DNA from: a candidate division WOR-3 bacterium | GTDB taxonomy: Bacteria > Hydrothermota > Tepidihabitantia > SM23-42 > JAOAFX01 | Length of the DNA: 46,518 bases | NCBI GenBank assembly: GCA_037444665.1 | Contig: JBBILZ010000012.1 | Span: forward strand, 1-46,518 | Direction: 5' to 3' | Part shown: piece by piece, positions 44,283-46,518 of the stretch | How the letters are laid out: each line of letters opens with the position of its first letter | Position numbering within the stretch: position 1 is the stretch's first letter | Notes under the pieces: model-generated | Told to the model about the DNA's origin: nothing | The model's database searches: none | What the model saw: the letters and a program-made list of their open reading frames with translations, nothing else | Made by a program: the position numbers and the translations under genes

Positions 44283-44403
44283 AAACTTGTAGTTGCCCGA
44301 TTTATCGGGCACCCCCTTGCAAGAAACTTGTAGTTGCCCGATTTATCGGGCATAGATTAAATCTTCTAATCTATAAAAAAGCCTCATAAATGAGGCAACT
44401 ACA
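44283..44403. repeat. GTAG-REP cluster: two direct 29-bp copies and one inverted copy
   Basis: AAACTTGTAGTTGCCCGATTTATCGGGCA at 44283 and 44324; inverted GCCTCATAAATGAGGCAACTACA at 44381-44403. Confidence 0.85.
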
Positions 44404-44441
44404 AAATTTTTAAAAATATATCCCGGATTATTCATATTCAA

Positions 44442-44486
44442 TGTCATTGCGAGCCCGCCACGATTCCTGGCGGGCATGGCAATCCC
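44442..44486. repeat. GTCATTGCGAG...GCAATC palindromic element
   Basis: Outer ATTGC/GCAAT arms with inner GCCCGCCA/TGGCGGGC stem. Confidence 0.6.
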
Positions 44487-44498
44487 GAAGGTTATGAG

Positions 44499-44623
44499 GA
44501 AATTGTAGTTGCTTGATTTATCAAGCACTAAAAAAAGCCCAATGCTCCGTCCCGATGGGACGAGAGTCCCTTCGGGAAATTGGGCAACTACATTGACTTA
44601 ATTCCATTCTTTAGAATGGCTAA
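44499..44623. mobile_element. 125-bp REPIN-like element, copy 2
   Basis: Reverse complement of 25460-25584 with 3 mismatches. Confidence 0.8.
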
Positions 44624-44664
44624 ACTTTACAATGATAAATTGATAAAAAACAAATAAAGGTTTT

Positions 44665-46518
44665 CTAATGCAGATACACGAATTTGTGCATCTCGTTTAT
44701 TTTTTCACCTTCTATTTTAATAAAATAGACGCCAGTCACAAGGTTCACAGGATTAAAACTTAACACACCTGTTCCTTTTAATTCACCATTATAAATACTT
44801 TCAACGAGCCTGCCACTGATATCATAGATACCAATCTTAACCTTACGCATCTGCGCAATTTGATAATGGATATTGACTGCCTTTGATGTAGGATTTGGCA
44901 TTAACCTAAAACTCACTGGTTCAACTATTTCATTACCAATATCTTCTGCAGTAACTCCAACAAACCTGTCCCACCAGGACTGTGCACTATCTGAATTCAC
45001 TTTAGCATTCGTCGTATCATTGCCTCCTACAATTGCATAAGCAACACGCACATAATGGCCCACAGGAAGATCAATAGGACCAGTAGACACAATTATTGAC
45101 CAGTTTGTTGTGCTACTGCTTGCAGGCACCTTTTTCTTACCGGTAAGGAAACTGTCCTTCACTATCTCGGACATCATTGTTGATGGTGTTACATATTGCG
45201 CATGATTGATTGCGGAAAGGTTCCGTGCTGTAGTCGGTTCAAGGAGTCTAATCCCGACTGTTGGTCTTTGTGAAGTTGTTGAGCGTAACATATAGATAAA
45301 TCTCCTCAGGGAATCTGAACGAACAATATTGTTCACACTGTTATACACATCAAAGTCAAACATCATCCCTGAATAGAAATTATTTATTGCACTTGTGCCA
45401 TAGTTGTAGTAATAAAAACAGACAATTACCCAATCATCATAACCAGGCTGTGCAAGTGAAAGGCTCCATTGTCTTATGATGATTCCTCTGGGTGATGGAT
45501 GTCCAGAATCACTATACCATGCCTGATACTCTTCTTCAGCCTTGAGTGGTGGAATTAATGGCTTTAATGTATCTAAAATTTTGAAATCCTGATTTATGGT
45601 TGTTGATGAAGGCGGCCCGTAAAATCGGTCAACAATATACGATGGGTCAGTTCCACAGAGCATACTTCCGTAATATAAACAACCATAAGATGCCAATTTT
45701 GAATATTTAAATCCTGAACCTTCACCATAGGGGTAGGTCGTTCCAAAACTGCCATTGGTTGTAACAGTAAATGCACAGACACCAGTATCATGGTCTGCCC
45801 ATATTTTTCTCGGCTCTGGCGGTATACCAACCATTTCCTTGAAAAATGGCATCCAATTACCCTGATTAGATGTAGTATTCACCAGAAATTCAATCTCTGT
45901 GCCCTGTGGTGTATTAGGCGAAACCGAAATAGTGAATGTATCACCACCTGCGCTATCATTTATATTAATATTATTGTAGTAAGAGAGTGAATCAATAATT
46001 GTGATAAATGGATTTGAGGTGCGCAAAGTGCCAGATACATTTGTCGCATTTACATTGCCCTGATTCTTTAAGAAAACACGCATTTTTACAGTCTCGCCCG
46101 GGTCAAGTTTGCCATTATTATTGCCTGTCTGGTCATAGATGTAATGTGATTGATAGAGGATACAGGGCTGGGATGAACTGCCTGAAACCGTGCAAACACC
46201 TTCATAAGGTTTACAATCTGGCGCAGTAGCAGTGATGGTCATTGTGCCGCTACTTGTGGGATAGACAAATAGGTCAACCCAGCCAGATGAATTTGTTCTG
46301 CCTGTAGCATAGACCTCTGTCCCTTTCATTGCACAGACAAGGCAGTTTTTCAAAGGTTGCCCGGTAATTGACACAGTAACCCGTAGCATCTGTGGTCCAG
46401 CAGTGATTGAGTTGGCATGGCTAACAGTCAGGGTGCGCGGCTTCTGTGTATAGATTGCGCTATTCGGGTCGCCAAAGAGCGTGAGTTCATATACACACCA
46501 GCGTGTTGGTGCCTGGCT
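44665..46518 (-). CDS. C25 (gingipain-like) peptidase with C-terminal T9SS-type sorting domain, 5' end outside the window
   Basis: Frame open to the window end, reading ...YELTLFGDP... (C25 C-terminal motif); GNNNGKLDPGE; C-terminal PNP..IYDISGR..GVYF. Confidence 0.8.
   Translation of the reverse strand, partial: SQAPTRWCVYELTLFGDPNSAIYTQKPRTLTVSHANSITAGPQMLRVTVSITGQPLKNCLVCAMKGTEVYATGRTNSSGWVDLFVYPTSSGTMTITATAPDCKPYEGVCTVSGSSSQPCILYQSHYIYDQTGNNNGKLDPGETVKMRVFLKNQGNVNATNVSGTLRTSNPFITIIDSLSYYNNININDSAGGDTFTISVSPNTPQGTEIEFLVNTTSNQGNWMPFFKEMVGIPPEPRKIWADHDTGVCAFTVTTNGSFGTTYPYGEGSGFKYSKLASYGCLYYGSMLCGTDPSYIVDRFYGPPSSTTINQDFKILDTLKPLIPPLKAEEEYQAWYSDSGHPSPRGIIIRQWSLSLAQPGYDDWVIVCFYYYNYGTSAINNFYSGMMFDFDVYNSVNNIVRSDSLRRFIYMLRSTTSQRPTVGIRLLEPTTARNLSAINHAQYVTPSTMMSEIVKDSFLTGKKKVPASSSTTNWSIIVSTGPIDLPVGHYVRVAYAIVGGNDTTNAKVNSDSAQSWWDRFVGVTAEDIGNEIVEPVSFRLMPNPTSKAVNIHYQIAQMRKVKIGIYDISGRLVESIYNGELKGTGVLSFNPVNLVTGVYFIKIEGEKINEMHKFVYLH

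Noticed and set aside
44283..44352. Two 29-bp direct repeats as a mini CRISPR array
   Set aside because: Only two units with a 12-bp spacer, inverted copies nearby, GTAG-REP structure, and no cas genes.
737..46229. Numerous antisense and alternate-frame ORFs within the called genes
   Set aside because: Shadow ORFs of well-supported genes with no recognisable motifs.

Overview
AT-rich bacterial chromosomal segment, mostly minus-strand. The gene content (T9SS/FlgD-like sorting tails, C25 protease, serpin, Rnf, TaqI-like RM) suggests a diderm FCB-related anaerobe such as WOR-3; this is inference, not a search result. In order along the window: (1) a compact non-flagellar chemosensory cluster with a soluble double-hairpin chemoreceptor fused to a family-5 solute-binding domain, cheW, cheY, P2-less cheA, cheC, two TPR proteins (one with a Roadblock domain), a standalone Roadblock protein and a pcm fragment; (2) an EamA transporter and tRNA-Phe; (3) phoH, 7TM-HD, ybeY and two CNNM genes; (4) a coiled-coil lipoprotein and LysM pair; (5) a divergent rnfCDGEA operon with no rnfB, a double-FMN RnfG, and 3 of 4 RnfA/E Fe-S cysteines lost; (6) pcrA/uvrD, a class V aminotransferase, and pdxJ-secD-secF-pgpA; (7) a TaqI-like RM cassette, with TCGA almost absent from the rest of the window; (8) HEAT, VIT, mscL, OmpA, flavodoxin and serpin genes and a partial C25 protease gene. 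Intergenic DNA carries GTAG-family REP hairpins, including a near-identical 125-bp nested element in two copies, mosaics of 7-10-bp degenerate tandem repeats, and 11 sigma70-like promoters that all have a 16-bp spacer, several apparently leaderless. All protein calls come from motif recognition by eye.
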